64,000 nucleotides of DNA, from positions 62,001 to 126,000 of IMG/VR virus record IMGVR_UViG_3300012277_000001, one strand, 5' to 3'. Position 1 is the first letter of the stretch, and each line of letters opens with the position of its first letter. Origin of the DNA: an uncultured virus (IMG/VR IMGVR_UViG_3300012277_000001). Lineage: Duplodnaviria > Heunggongvirae > Uroviricota > Caudoviricetes. Under the pieces are notes generated by a model. The model was given only the letters and a program-made list of their open reading frames with translations, was not told where the DNA came from and searched no databases. This document shows positions 9,407 to 18,909 of the stretch, piece by piece. Both the position numbers and the translations under genes were made by a program.

Positions 9407-9676
9407 CTAATCTCCCGCACTTTTCCACGCGTTGATCGCGCTGTTCATATCTTTAGACACGGTTTTTTCGACCGGCTTCAGAATCTCTTCTACCTGTTTC
9501 TGTTGCTCAATGATCGGCGCGGTTTTCACCTGTTCTTCCAACCGATCACCTTTGTACGTGTTGGCTTCGGGTTCTGGTTTGGTGCGACGTGCAAACAACG
9601 CAGCCGCCAGCGCCAGCACGAACATCATGCCTGCGATAAACCACTTCCCGTATTTTTTGATTGTTTCCATCGTCAC
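9407..9676 (-). CDS. single-TM membrane protein (i-spanin or antiholin candidate)
   Basis: KKYGK followed by WFIAGMMFVLALAAALFA and a short helical tail; GTGA overlap with upstream ORF. Confidence 0.6.
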   Translation of the reverse strand: MTMETIKKYGKWFIAGMMFVLALAAALFARRTKPEPEANTYKGDRLEEQVKTAPIIEQQKQVEEILKPVEKTVSKDMNSAINAWKSAGD

Positions 9677-9843
9677 AGACCCTGCTTGTTGAATGGAGTT
9701 TCCGGCCCGCGCCCTTTACCTGCGTTCATGCCTTCGTCGTCGATGGTATCTTGACGATTCAGAATTTTCCGCTTGCTGAGGCGTTTCATGCGGCGCTTAA
9801 CAGCGTCGTTTTTCACGGGCTTTGCATCAATCCATACAATCAT
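9673..9843 (-). CDS. small basic protein, 56 aa (absent from ORF track)
   Basis: MIVWIDAKPVKNDAVKRRMKRLSKRK...PFNKQGL; GGGGAG SD; stop overlaps next start. Confidence 0.65.
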   Translation of the reverse strand: MIVWIDAKPVKNDAVKRRMKRLSKRKILNRQDTIDDEGMNAGKGRGPETPFNKQGL

Positions 9844-9865
9844 AAAATCTCCCCCGATTTTAAAG

Positions 9866-9892
9866 AAAAGAAAGGGGGCACTAGGCCCCCTA
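9866..9892 (-). terminator. intrinsic terminator
   Basis: Minus strand AGGGGGC-CTAGT-GCCCCCT then TTCTTTT after the 553-aa gene. Confidence 0.75.
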
Positions 9893-9909
9893 TCTAAGTC
9901 TGAAACAGA

Positions 9910-11571
9910 TTACGCGCTAGGCGACAGCCACGAAACCTGTACCAGAATGGCAGCGGCCACGCCCAAGCTGATCACCAGTTGATTTTCGTTGGTGAACGAA
10001 ATGTCATCAGGAGTGAACACTTTGTTGGTGGCTTTGTCCACGCACTGCACGATTGGCCAGCGGAAACCGATGTTGTGAGTAACGGTGTGGCTGGTCAGCG
10101 AATCAGCGCCGGAATCATACGCGAAGTACGATTTCGAAACCTGAAGTTGCAGGTTGTTGATTACCTGCGCAACAGGCGCGATATCGCTTTCGGTGATGAA
10201 ATCAGCGGTAGCGGTGGCCAAGGCAGCCGGGGTAACGTAAGCGTTGGACAGATCACCAACTTTCACACCAGCGGCGCTAACCACGATGGATGCGTCAGCA
10301 GCTTTTACCGAAACAACGTCGCCGGTTTTTTCGATACCGTCACCAGCAGAAACACCGGAGATACCGCCGAATTCAGCCCAGCTGGAACCATCCCAGCGGA
10401 TGAACACACCGGCTTGGCGATTCCACACCAGTGCACCCGGACCAGCGACAGAAACGTCGTAGGCCAGTTCGGTGATGGCGCCAGCAGCGTCTACGACAAC
10501 GATATCACCAGCAGCGGCAGCAACGCCGGAACTGAAGGTGGTGCCGTCAACGTACACGTAGCGACCGGCAACGCCAGCGAACTCGGTTTCCAGTGCCAGA
10601 ACGTCAGCTTGGAAATCCAGACCGGCGAGGGCATTTTCGATGGCGTTGGTTACGGATTGGGTCGAAGCCAAACCGGCAACAGCGGTCGAAATTTCCTGAG
10701 TTACGTCAGCGCTTTTCGCGTAGTCGGTCAGTGCAGCAACGACCAGCGCGTTTACCTCGTCGGCGTCTTGGAAATCGGCAACAGCGGTTTCGATGGCGGC
10801 GGTAACTTGGGCAGCAGTTTGCAGACCCGAAACAGCAGCAGAAATCGCAGCAGTTTGCGCGGTCGGGGTCACGTAAGTGCCCGACAGGTCGCCAACTTTT
10901 ACACCGTTCGCATCGACCACGATAGAAGCGTCAGCCGCTTTTACCGAAATGGTATCACCGGCTTTTTCGAGGCCGTTACCAGCAGTGATGCCAGACAGGC
11001 CACCAAACTCGGCCCAGTCAGTACCGTTCCAGCGATACCATGCAGCGGCTTCGCGGTTCCAAGTCAGGGCGCCGGGACCGGCAGCCGAAACGTCGTAGGC
11101 GTTGGCGGTGATAACACCGGAAGCATCGACAACCACGATATCGCCAACGGCAGCGGAAACGCCGGTTGCGAAGGTGGAACCATCGACGTAAATGTAACGA
11201 CCGGCAACGTTGGTGAAATCGCTTTCCAGACCGAGCACGTCAGCTTGGAAATCGAGGCCAGCCAGTGCGTTGTCGATTGCAGCCCGCATTTCGTTATCGG
11301 AAACGAGGTCAGCAACGGCGGTGCTGATTGCGGTGGTAACGTCAGCACTTTTCGCGTAAGCGGTCAGCGCATCGTTCAGTTCTTCTTCGGAAATACCGGC
11401 GCCGATTGCACCAGCGGCAGTACCGTTGAAGAACTTGATCACTTTGGCAACGTTATCGTACCAAACGCGACCTTCGATCAAACCAGCGCCCGTAGGGTCG
11501 GCGCCCAGTTTTTCCAGTTTCAGGTCGAGAATTTCACCAGCGACCCGGAGTTGACCATTGATGTTAGCCAT
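9910..11571 (-). CDS. virion fibre/structural protein with internal ~168-aa duplication, 553 aa
   Basis: Ala/Gly/Val-rich, strong codon bias; LT.YAKSADVT...LAGLDFQADVL...YVTP occurs twice, 636 nt apart; C-terminal HTVTHNIGFRWPIVQ fibre-type motif. Confidence 0.8.
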   Translation of the reverse strand: MANINGQLRVAGEILDLKLEKLGADPTGAGLIEGRVWYDNVAKVIKFFNGTAAGAIGAGISEEELNDALTAYAKSADVTTAISTAVADLVSDNEMRAAIDNALAGLDFQADVLGLESDFTNVAGRYIYVDGSTFATGVSAAVGDIVVVDASGVITANAYDVSAAGPGALTWNREAAAWYRWNGTDWAEFGGLSGITAGNGLEKAGDTISVKAADASIVVDANGVKVGDLSGTYVTPTAQTAAISAAVSGLQTAAQVTAAIETAVADFQDADEVNALVVAALTDYAKSADVTQEISTAVAGLASTQSVTNAIENALAGLDFQADVLALETEFAGVAGRYVYVDGTTFSSGVAAAAGDIVVVDAAGAITELAYDVSVAGPGALVWNRQAGVFIRWDGSSWAEFGGISGVSAGDGIEKTGDVVSVKAADASIVVSAAGVKVGDLSNAYVTPAALATATADFITESDIAPVAQVINNLQLQVSKSYFAYDSGADSLTSHTVTHNIGFRWPIVQCVDKATNKVFTPDDISFTNENQLVISLGVAAAILVQVSWLSPSA

Positions 11572-11595
11572 GTTTTTTTATCGCCTCTATATTGC

Positions 11596-12387
11596 TTATG
11601 CTGGGAGATTGGGCGTTTCCACGTCGATGATATCGACGTATTCTGCGCACCGTTTCAAAAGGGTGGCCAGCGGTTCATCCCCTTCGATCACACCGGAGTA
11701 ACTGAGGTTACAGGTGGAATGATTTTTTACGAGGGTCGGTAGGCGGCGGCAAGCAATGGTGTTGTAATAACGAATCCTTTCTTCAAACATGAACACGCCC
11801 GTTTTGTAGAAGTAATCAAGGGCGTAATTGTCCACGTACATAACCATGCGGTTGCTGTTGGAGCGGTTGGTACTGCACCGATCTTCAACGAAATCTGATC
11901 CTAACAGGCAGTCGATTTCATAGAGTTCGTACATGCAGTTTTGCAGCGTCGAACCAAGGGTGGCCATGATGATCGGGTAGGCCTCAAGGTGCGACTGACC
12001 TTCAACGCTGCGTATCGTGGTTTGGAAAGCCTTACGTGTGTGTGCGTTGACGGCCCACCAAATCTCCACAAACTTTTGCGTGAAAAGATCGGGGTTTTCC
12101 ACAAAGACTTGGCGATGCCAATTCTGCAATCGTTGCTCGGCGTCCAGCGTTGCGTCGATTTCGGCGCGGGTCAGTGTGGGGCGATTCAAGAAAATGGACT
12201 CAACTTCGTGTGCCCATTTGCTGTAGGAGTTGAACAGCAGAAGCAGAGTTTCCTTTGCCACTTCGCTGAACTGGTTTTGCTCGTTTATAACCACGTTGAG
12301 CATGTACGACTTTGCAGCGTAAAAATGCTCAAGGGAATATGCGGCTACAGAACGAAATCGAATGTTGTTTTTGATGAAAGGTGCCAT
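11596..12387 (-). CDS. hypothetical helical protein, 263 aa
   Basis: ATG at 12387 with GAGG SD. Confidence 0.75.
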   Translation of the reverse strand: MAPFIKNNIRFRSVAAYSLEHFYAAKSYMLNVVINEQNQFSEVAKETLLLLFNSYSKWAHEVESIFLNRPTLTRAEIDATLDAEQRLQNWHRQVFVENPDLFTQKFVEIWWAVNAHTRKAFQTTIRSVEGQSHLEAYPIIMATLGSTLQNCMYELYEIDCLLGSDFVEDRCSTNRSNSNRMVMYVDNYALDYFYKTGVFMFEERIRYYNTIACRRLPTLVKNHSTCNLSYSGVIEGDEPLATLLKRCAEYVDIIDVETPNLPA

Positions 12388-12394
12388 ATGAGCC

Positions 12395-12877
12395 TCAAAC
12401 GCCGCGTGGAGGATTACCACGCTGCATGCCTATTCCAAGCATTAAGCCTGTAACTTGACTTTGTTTATCGCTTACGTCAGAAACTGTGCGCAGAATACGT
12501 TCCGAATTACGTTCAAGTGATTCAAGCAAGTTCAGTAGCTCGGCACGTTCCCTCGGGTCTTCCTTACCTAAGTTGAGGCGAATGTCATTCATCTGCGTCA
12601 TGATGGCATCGCACACAACCGCCAAGGACGTTAGGGACTGCGTATCCGGGTGTTTCACCAGATCGTGAATTTCGTCCAAAACATCCTGCATCTTCTTTAT
12701 TGCATCAACACTCTGAAGGTAGCTGCTGTCGAAATTTTCCGCACGCTTCCGCAAAGACTTTACTTCTTCTTGCAGTGGCAGAACGTAAAACCAACCAACG
12801 GCCAGTAATATCAGGTTGAATCCAATCGCCAAGGAAACCGGGATCGGACTGGAGTAAAGAACGTCAATCGCTCCCAT
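12395..12877 (-). CDS. membrane-anchored coiled-coil protein, 160 aa
   Basis: N-terminal TM LAIGFNLILLAVGWFYVL then heptads. Confidence 0.75.
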   Translation of the reverse strand: MGAIDVLYSSPIPVSLAIGFNLILLAVGWFYVLPLQEEVKSLRKRAENFDSSYLQSVDAIKKMQDVLDEIHDLVKHPDTQSLTSLAVVCDAIMTQMNDIRLNLGKEDPRERAELLNLLESLERNSERILRTVSDVSDKQSQVTGLMLGIGMQRGNPPRGV

Positions 12878-13151
12878 CGGCGCACCTATCTGTGGTTGGG
12901 GTGAATCTTACTGTCACAGCACCTTCGTAGTCGCTGATGGTTATTTTTGTTATTTTAGGCTGCTTAATCACTGTGCACGCTTCACCGGCTCCCGGCAAAT
13001 CGTTACAGATTTTTGCGACACATTCGTACGTTTCACGAACCGTTAAGACTTCGGCGCGGTCCCAGTTGAACGATAGTACCGCCCAAACCAGAACCCCGGC
13101 GATAGCCAGAATGAAAAACTTGCTAATCGTGTTCCGCGTGAGATTTAACAC
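12864..13151 (-). CDS. small membrane-anchored Cys-containing protein (start uncertain)
   Basis: TM FFILAIAGVLVWAVLSF followed by four Cys; GTG at 13151 chosen. Confidence 0.6.
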   Translation of the reverse strand: MLNLTRNTISKFFILAIAGVLVWAVLSFNWDRAEVLTVRETYECVAKICNDLPGAGEACTVIKQPKITKITISDYEGAVTVRFTPTTDRCADGSD

Positions 13152-13890
13152 GGTAGAATTTCCCTGCCGACTGCGAATATAGGTCCAACCTTTCCAGTTG
13201 CCGCAATCGGTCGAGGTTTGCACAGATGCTTTGGGATTTCCCGCCAGCTACCACTGTGCTCACGTCGATAGGATCTACCGTGGGTCCAACGGCCATAGCA
13301 GTTTTGAAGCCGGGATAACAGACGCCGACTTCAATGTGCCCGGTACGATGTTGCAACACGGTTTCTTCAATCATTTTATATGAGCGTTTGTCGCCCCATG
13401 AATCGGTCAGGGAGAACGCATTGATAACTAAAAACCCCGGTGGCTTCTTTCGAACTTCCACCAACGCTTTTCGCAAATCATAGTCAGTCCTTATCTCGAA
13501 TTCTTCAGGCTTCAGCGGCTCAAAGATTGCTTTGCGGTCTTGCTCAAGGCGGCTTCTTCCTTGGAGCAGGTAGATTGGCATTCCGCTTAAAAACTGAGGC
13601 AACTCAAATTGAGTCAGCACCGGAATATAAGTGCTTTCCAAATTCTGCCGTTGCCCTATCACTGTAAGCTTGTCGAACTTGTGACTGGCTGCATATTCCG
13701 TGACGGCATTTTGAACCTCGGAAGGTCGTGCTTGCCGCTCAAGGAACACCACATTTTTTGCGTCCATTTTGTTGAGAAACACCGACCCGTAAAGGTCGGT
13801 GATTGCCCGGCTTTGGACGTACAATGGGTCAGCCAAACCACAAGCGCTATAACAATAAATTAATGACAATATTGCAATGCGCTTTAGCAT
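13123..13890 (-). CDS. exported protein with signal peptide, 255 aa
   Basis: MLKRIAILSLIYCYSACGLA signal-like N-terminus; AAGGA/AGGT SD. Confidence 0.7.
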   Translation of the reverse strand: MLKRIAILSLIYCYSACGLADPLYVQSRAITDLYGSVFLNKMDAKNVVFLERQARPSEVQNAVTEYAASHKFDKLTVIGQRQNLESTYIPVLTQFELPQFLSGMPIYLLQGRSRLEQDRKAIFEPLKPEEFEIRTDYDLRKALVEVRKKPPGFLVINAFSLTDSWGDKRSYKMIEETVLQHRTGHIEVGVCYPGFKTAMAVGPTVDPIDVSTVVAGGKSQSICANLDRLRQLERLDLYSQSAGKFYRVKSHAEHD

Positions 13891-13910
13891 TTTACCTAAA
13901 TTCCTTTTTA

Positions 13911-16166
13911 TCAAAATTGCCATATACGAACGCGATTAAGATCCCCTTCCACCAAACGGTCAAAACCCCAGCGGCTACGGAATACACGCGAAGACGAACG
14001 GGGCAGCAATTCGTTTCCAAGTTCCATGGCAGCTACGATATCTTCCGCATAGGCACGCGCATCCGCCAACTTGGCAGACGTATTATCTGCACGGGCAGAC
14101 AGAGGTGCAGTGTACAGCAGGTTGCCAGTGGTTTCCCAAACCAAAGCATCTTTCAAATGCGCCATAAATTTAACGTCTTCAATTGTTTTCAACACAGTAG
14201 GTGCGCCAGCTGTTTCAGGAACGAATAGCAGAACTACTTGCCGGTTGCCGTTTGCGCAGGCAAATACATTAGAGCCGACGTAATAAATCTGCGTATTAGT
14301 CGTAAGCCCCGAAACGTAGTAGGAAAAAACCGTTGCCGGATAATCCCAGCTTACATACAGCAAGGTCGGGGTTGCAGCTGTAGACTGAGAAATCAACACA
14401 GCGTTATCGTTTTTACTGATGTAGTTGCTGGTATTAACTGCCTTGGCCCCGATGTTAGATGTTACGATCGTACCACCAGATACACCGCTCGCAGCTTTGG
14501 TCCAGTTTGCACTAGCCGCGTTATAAATATAGTTGAATCCTTTGTGTCGAATGGCCATACCCGTTCGGTACGAGTCAGCGGCCCCGATAGCGGTCCATGA
14601 TACGCCGTTGTTTGCCGTTCGATAGCCGTAGCTTCCGGTTGCGGCCAATGCAGCATTTGGATAATCCATGAAATGCACATTGGCGTAGTTAACATCGGAA
14701 GGTGTGGTAATGGGCTGTTCTACCAAATTCCGGTCCAACAGCTTCAGTGGTTTCGACGGGATGGCATAGTAATCGTCCGTAAAGTTGAACGAAAAATTCG
14801 CGAACGAAGTGGCACGTGAATACGCTTCGTCATATATTAACTTCGGCTGTGCGGGCAATGGTGGGAAAATAGCAGACAGGCTTAGCTTAACCGGGCCACG
14901 GTAGGCAGGCATTGTAAGGCCCCCACTTGAAACGGCCCCAATCAAAACGCGCTTGATGGCCGTCAAGTCAGAATCGACCGGAAACGACGGTTGGTCGTAA
15001 GTCGTACTGGTGCCAATCGCGAGGTTTTGTTTAACGTTGTTTACGTATGCAAAAACACGAGTGCCTTGCTTTACCAACCGGTATTCCTTTACCACGTTGT
15101 TCAGTGCAGTTTTCGTAAATTTCGCATTGTATATGCTGGACAGCCCGCTAACACTGCCGCCGAATTGCAAACGCTGGCCAAAACCGGAATCCCCGTAACG
15201 TGCGGTGATGCCGAAGTTGCCAACGGCAGGCAGCATAGCAATCTCCGCAAAATACCCGTCGCTGGCCGCTAAGTTTTTAGAGGACCATTCCAGTGTCCAA
15301 TCGGTGTCCGAGAGGTTAATTGCTTGCGCGAAAGTGAACTCAATCAAGTCTTGGTTGCCCGCAGGTAAAACAGCGGTGGCATCGCCGATTGACGGAAATT
15401 CTTCAAACGTAACACCGTTGGTTAACGATGCGGTGTACGGCAAATTATCGGCCAATGTGAACATTTCCAACGGGGGTGGCGGGGCGACGTAGGGCCGCAA
15501 TTTAACCGGGGCCGTCAGTGGGAATTTCCGCATGTACGTCCATTCGTCTACACCGTCGTTCGCCACGACGTGTTGGCCAATAGTGCGGTGGCCTTTAAGT
15601 GCGGTAAGCGGACGTGATACGCCAGAAAGTGATACAGATCCGTCGCTATAGAAAAACGCGAATTTATCGGAACCTGTATGCGCAACGTGAAGCAGGGTTT
15701 TTGCCTGCGCCTGTTCGGTCAGAACAAACCCGGTATAGGTGCCGGTCAAGGTCCGTGTGCCGCTGTATACCACGAAAGAATTTAGGCCGCAGCAAACCTT
15801 ATCAGCGTTCGACGTGGAGGCAGTCAGGAGCACCGTCATTTCGCGAATTACCTGCACCGCCGTAGGCTGGCATACAATAAGGTAATTCGAATCAGAAATT
15901 GCCATGGCGCCAGTTGTAACCAACGGATCGTCATCAGGCATATGCAGACGCACAGTTTTAGATGGCGTTTGCGCCGCCATGTTTTGCCCGTTTTCAGAAA
16001 TCGCCAGACGCTTTACATCGGCCAGCGGATACGTCGCACGTAGCAAAAGCGTATTATCCGAATTTTTCCGATAGCGTTTTACTTCACCTGCCTGATAGGC
16101 AAGCAGGTGATTAGGACCGTGCGCCACCAAAGAGTTCGGCAGCACATTTGTCTTCAGTAAAGTCAT
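13911..16166 (-). CDS. tail fibre / receptor-binding protein, beta-rich
   Basis: ~751 aa; Pro-rich linkers (APPPP, FPPLPAQP) flank a LamG/ConA-like central domain. Confidence 0.65.
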   Translation of the reverse strand: MTLLKTNVLPNSLVAHGPNHLLAYQAGEVKRYRKNSDNTLLLRATYPLADVKRLAISENGQNMAAQTPSKTVRLHMPDDDPLVTTGAMAISDSNYLIVCQPTAVQVIREMTVLLTASTSNADKVCCGLNSFVVYSGTRTLTGTYTGFVLTEQAQAKTLLHVAHTGSDKFAFFYSDGSVSLSGVSRPLTALKGHRTIGQHVVANDGVDEWTYMRKFPLTAPVKLRPYVAPPPPLEMFTLADNLPYTASLTNGVTFEEFPSIGDATAVLPAGNQDLIEFTFAQAINLSDTDWTLEWSSKNLAASDGYFAEIAMLPAVGNFGITARYGDSGFGQRLQFGGSVSGLSSIYNAKFTKTALNNVVKEYRLVKQGTRVFAYVNNVKQNLAIGTSTTYDQPSFPVDSDLTAIKRVLIGAVSSGGLTMPAYRGPVKLSLSAIFPPLPAQPKLIYDEAYSRATSFANFSFNFTDDYYAIPSKPLKLLDRNLVEQPITTPSDVNYANVHFMDYPNAALAATGSYGYRTANNGVSWTAIGAADSYRTGMAIRHKGFNYIYNAASANWTKAASGVSGGTIVTSNIGAKAVNTSNYISKNDNAVLISQSTAATPTLLYVSWDYPATVFSYYVSGLTTNTQIYYVGSNVFACANGNRQVVLLFVPETAGAPTVLKTIEDVKFMAHLKDALVWETTGNLLYTAPLSARADNTSAKLADARAYAEDIVAAMELGNELLPRSSSRVFRSRWGFDRLVEGDLNRVRIWQF

Positions 16167-16167
16167 A

Positions 16168-17556
16168 TCAAACACTCACCGAAATAACACCGAGTTGTGG
16201 GGTGGCGTCGGCGGCAGTCATGAAGCAGCCGATCAGCCAGAAATGCTTGTCATCTACTTTATGCAAAACTTTGCTGTTGTTTGTCCGCTCTTTGTAAAAA
16301 TACGGAGTGGCGATTGGATCATAAGGACCGATATATTGACCCGCACCCACCGGCAAGCGGAAAGACAGCTGTAGAGGCCGCACAGTATCCACCAAACCAC
16401 CGATATTTGTGGCGTGTAGGTGCATCGCCAGATCGCTATCGAACGTCATAAGGGGGTGCGAAGTATCCTGCTTTCCGCCCACGATACAGACAACACCCTC
16501 GCTAGAAACCCAGCCAGTATCTAAAGGGTTTGAGAGATAAGTCGGTTGGCTTAGGTAATTGGAATTGTAAGAAACCCCAGCTGACGGCGACGATCCGCCT
16601 ATTGCGTAATGGTTGCCGCGTTTGTTGGCGTCCGGTAAGGCTACCCCATTGGGCGTAAAGTTGGTCAATGTGGCTTTTGAAAGGCTTGTGTATGTCGGAT
16701 TGGCACAAATCAAATAGCAGTCGTGGTACAGAGTATTAACAAGGGGAAGCGTCCAGATGCACCGATATTGGCTGCTGGGCGTTAGTGCTGTACCAAGGTC
16801 GCTAACGGTTACTATTTCAGTTTCGACGCCATTCAAGTCTTTGATGTTCTTCAGATCGGCAGCAATCAGATAGTTAGTGAAGTTTCCGATATACGCATGA
16901 TTTTCGATTGAACTGGTAGGCGCACCTAAAATGCCATCCGCGACCGGGATTTTGATTGCATTGAGCGGTAGTCGGTTGGACGGTACACTGTTGCCACTAT
17001 TCCGAAAAACGGCTTTGCGAATCGTAATGGAAGTTGTTGATGCGGAAGAAATATTTAGCGCATACAAAGGGCTATCGAATACACCCGGAGAGTTAGTCTG
17101 ATCAGAAGTGCTGAATGTGGCACTCGACTTGACCGAATACTGACCCGACGAATTTCGCTCCATCACATAGCCAGTGTATCCAACAGGAGCACGTGCATTG
17201 TTACGGATTGCTGAAGTGTTGGTTGGTGCAGTAGTGGAGTATATAGAACCATAACCAACCTCGTACTGACCAGCGTAGGACCACGAATTGGGCACCATCA
17301 CAAAAACAAGATTATTACCCATGCTTTTGATTTTAGGGCGCATGTGAAACCAAGGCTGAGCGTTTGGCAGTTGGCCCACGAAGTAAGGGGTGCCCACAAC
17401 AGGCGCCCCATCAACCTGATTTATTTCCTGAATAACTGCTTTGTAATCGGCTGTGATTGTAACCATCACGATGCGCGTATCACTAACAGCATCCCATGCC
17501 ATTTGCCCGCCATGATGGAGTATCCCACCGGGGTTGTCAATTGTCACGAAGGCCAT
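16168..17556 (-). CDS. virion structural protein, 462 aa
   Basis: S/T/N/G-rich beta protein in fibre cluster. Confidence 0.7.
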   Translation of the reverse strand: MAFVTIDNPGGILHHGGQMAWDAVSDTRIVMVTITADYKAVIQEINQVDGAPVVGTPYFVGQLPNAQPWFHMRPKIKSMGNNLVFVMVPNSWSYAGQYEVGYGSIYSTTAPTNTSAIRNNARAPVGYTGYVMERNSSGQYSVKSSATFSTSDQTNSPGVFDSPLYALNISSASTTSITIRKAVFRNSGNSVPSNRLPLNAIKIPVADGILGAPTSSIENHAYIGNFTNYLIAADLKNIKDLNGVETEIVTVSDLGTALTPSSQYRCIWTLPLVNTLYHDCYLICANPTYTSLSKATLTNFTPNGVALPDANKRGNHYAIGGSSPSAGVSYNSNYLSQPTYLSNPLDTGWVSSEGVVCIVGGKQDTSHPLMTFDSDLAMHLHATNIGGLVDTVRPLQLSFRLPVGAGQYIGPYDPIATPYFYKERTNNSKVLHKVDDKHFWLIGCFMTAADATPQLGVISVSV

Positions 17557-17564
17557 AAATATTC

Positions 17565-18893
17565 CTATACTTGTTCTTGCTGGTAAGACAGATTGGTAAT
17601 GTTGGTTTTCACCGGGTTCAAATTCGATTTGGCGTAGTCGAACACATAGGCCCCGATTTTGCCGGACTGAACCTGCGAAAGGGCTGCAAAACTAGGCACA
17701 ATGTTAATGTAGCCAAAATTCATCGTAGCGTATGGAATATCACCATAAACTTCGACCTTGGCCCGATCATCAATCCAAATGTTATTCATGTCGCGATAAT
17801 CGTGTTCGTAACCGAATACTAGGTCAGTGAACGATTGTGACGATGGAATTGGAATTTCGCACGGATACAGATTCCAGCTGTTGGCAGGCACCACAACTTC
17901 ACTGTAGTAACGTTGGCCCCCCAGCGTGATATAGGATCGCACACCGAGGCCATCACCAGCTGCCTGCTGGCGTTTATGCTGCACTGTAACGAAAGAGGCA
18001 GCAGGGACTTTATTGTTCGAGCGAGTGGCTGTGAATTCATTGCGAACATAGCCTTTTGGTGATCCTAGATAACCGATGGTGTAACCATCTGCATCGTTGA
18101 ATTTACCACTGGCCATCCGCGTGATCATCGCTAGATTTGAAGCTGATGTGTATTTCACCACATCGGATTCAGTCGATGTAATAGACGCGATAGGTTCGGT
18201 CTTCACGACGCGGCGCCCCATACGCTGCGAAAACCCCGGTGAATTGTCGATCAAGGCCAAACTATGCAGCCACATGACAAACGCATTGTTGGCGCCCATT
18301 CCATACGGACTGAAATAGAATTTATTGATCGGAATATTCATACGCGGAACAGAAGCAACCAATGTCGGCCCCGACCACATTTCCAGTGTGGTCGGTTTGA
18401 ACACTAGGTCGATGTAGCATTTGACGATGGCTGGAGGGTAAAACGCCTGCAACGTGGTGGACTCACCATTCAGCGTAAAGAAACCATTGTCATCCACACC
18501 CAGCGCAGCCTCACCGTCATTGAGTGTGAGGAAATTTCCGCTGGCTACATAACCGCCGTGCAACGAAATACACATGCTGAAATTCAGTGTATCGCCCTTG
18601 TATCGAATATTTTGACGCATCAATCCTCGATACTGACCAACGTTAACGCCGGTATAGGTAGGGTGATGCATCAGGGCCAGTGCGCCTTGGCTCAATTCGT
18701 AATACACGGAAGGTCTTGACTGGTATTCCAGACTGGACGAAAAGCAGGCTGGGGATTCATACCCCAGCCCGTTCCAAAATGGAGTGTACATGCGTTGGTT
18801 TGCGACGGTATCTTGGACAAAGATACCATTGTAGCTAGCAGCGAGCATCGACCTGTTTATTTGCTGAAAGTCGTCAGCAAGAACAATAGCCAT
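17565..18893 (-). CDS. virion structural protein, ConA-like beta-sandwich, 442 aa
   Basis: MAIVLADDF start resembles neighbour MSLLQHDGF; similar organisation. Confidence 0.65.
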   Translation of the reverse strand: MAIVLADDFQQINRSMLAASYNGIFVQDTVANQRMYTPFWNGLGYESPACFSSSLEYQSRPSVYYELSQGALALMHHPTYTGVNVGQYRGLMRQNIRYKGDTLNFSMCISLHGGYVASGNFLTLNDGEAALGVDDNGFFTLNGESTTLQAFYPPAIVKCYIDLVFKPTTLEMWSGPTLVASVPRMNIPINKFYFSPYGMGANNAFVMWLHSLALIDNSPGFSQRMGRRVVKTEPIASITSTESDVVKYTSASNLAMITRMASGKFNDADGYTIGYLGSPKGYVRNEFTATRSNNKVPAASFVTVQHKRQQAAGDGLGVRSYITLGGQRYYSEVVVPANSWNLYPCEIPIPSSQSFTDLVFGYEHDYRDMNNIWIDDRAKVEVYGDIPYATMNFGYINIVPSFAALSQVQSGKIGAYVFDYAKSNLNPVKTNITNLSYQQEQV

Positions 18894-18909
18894 AAACCAT
18901 CCCCCTTTA

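Noticed and set aside
9979..11742. 587-aa plus-strand ORF
   Set aside because: Antisense shadow of the codon-biased 553-aa fibre gene; no SD and no protein-like motifs.
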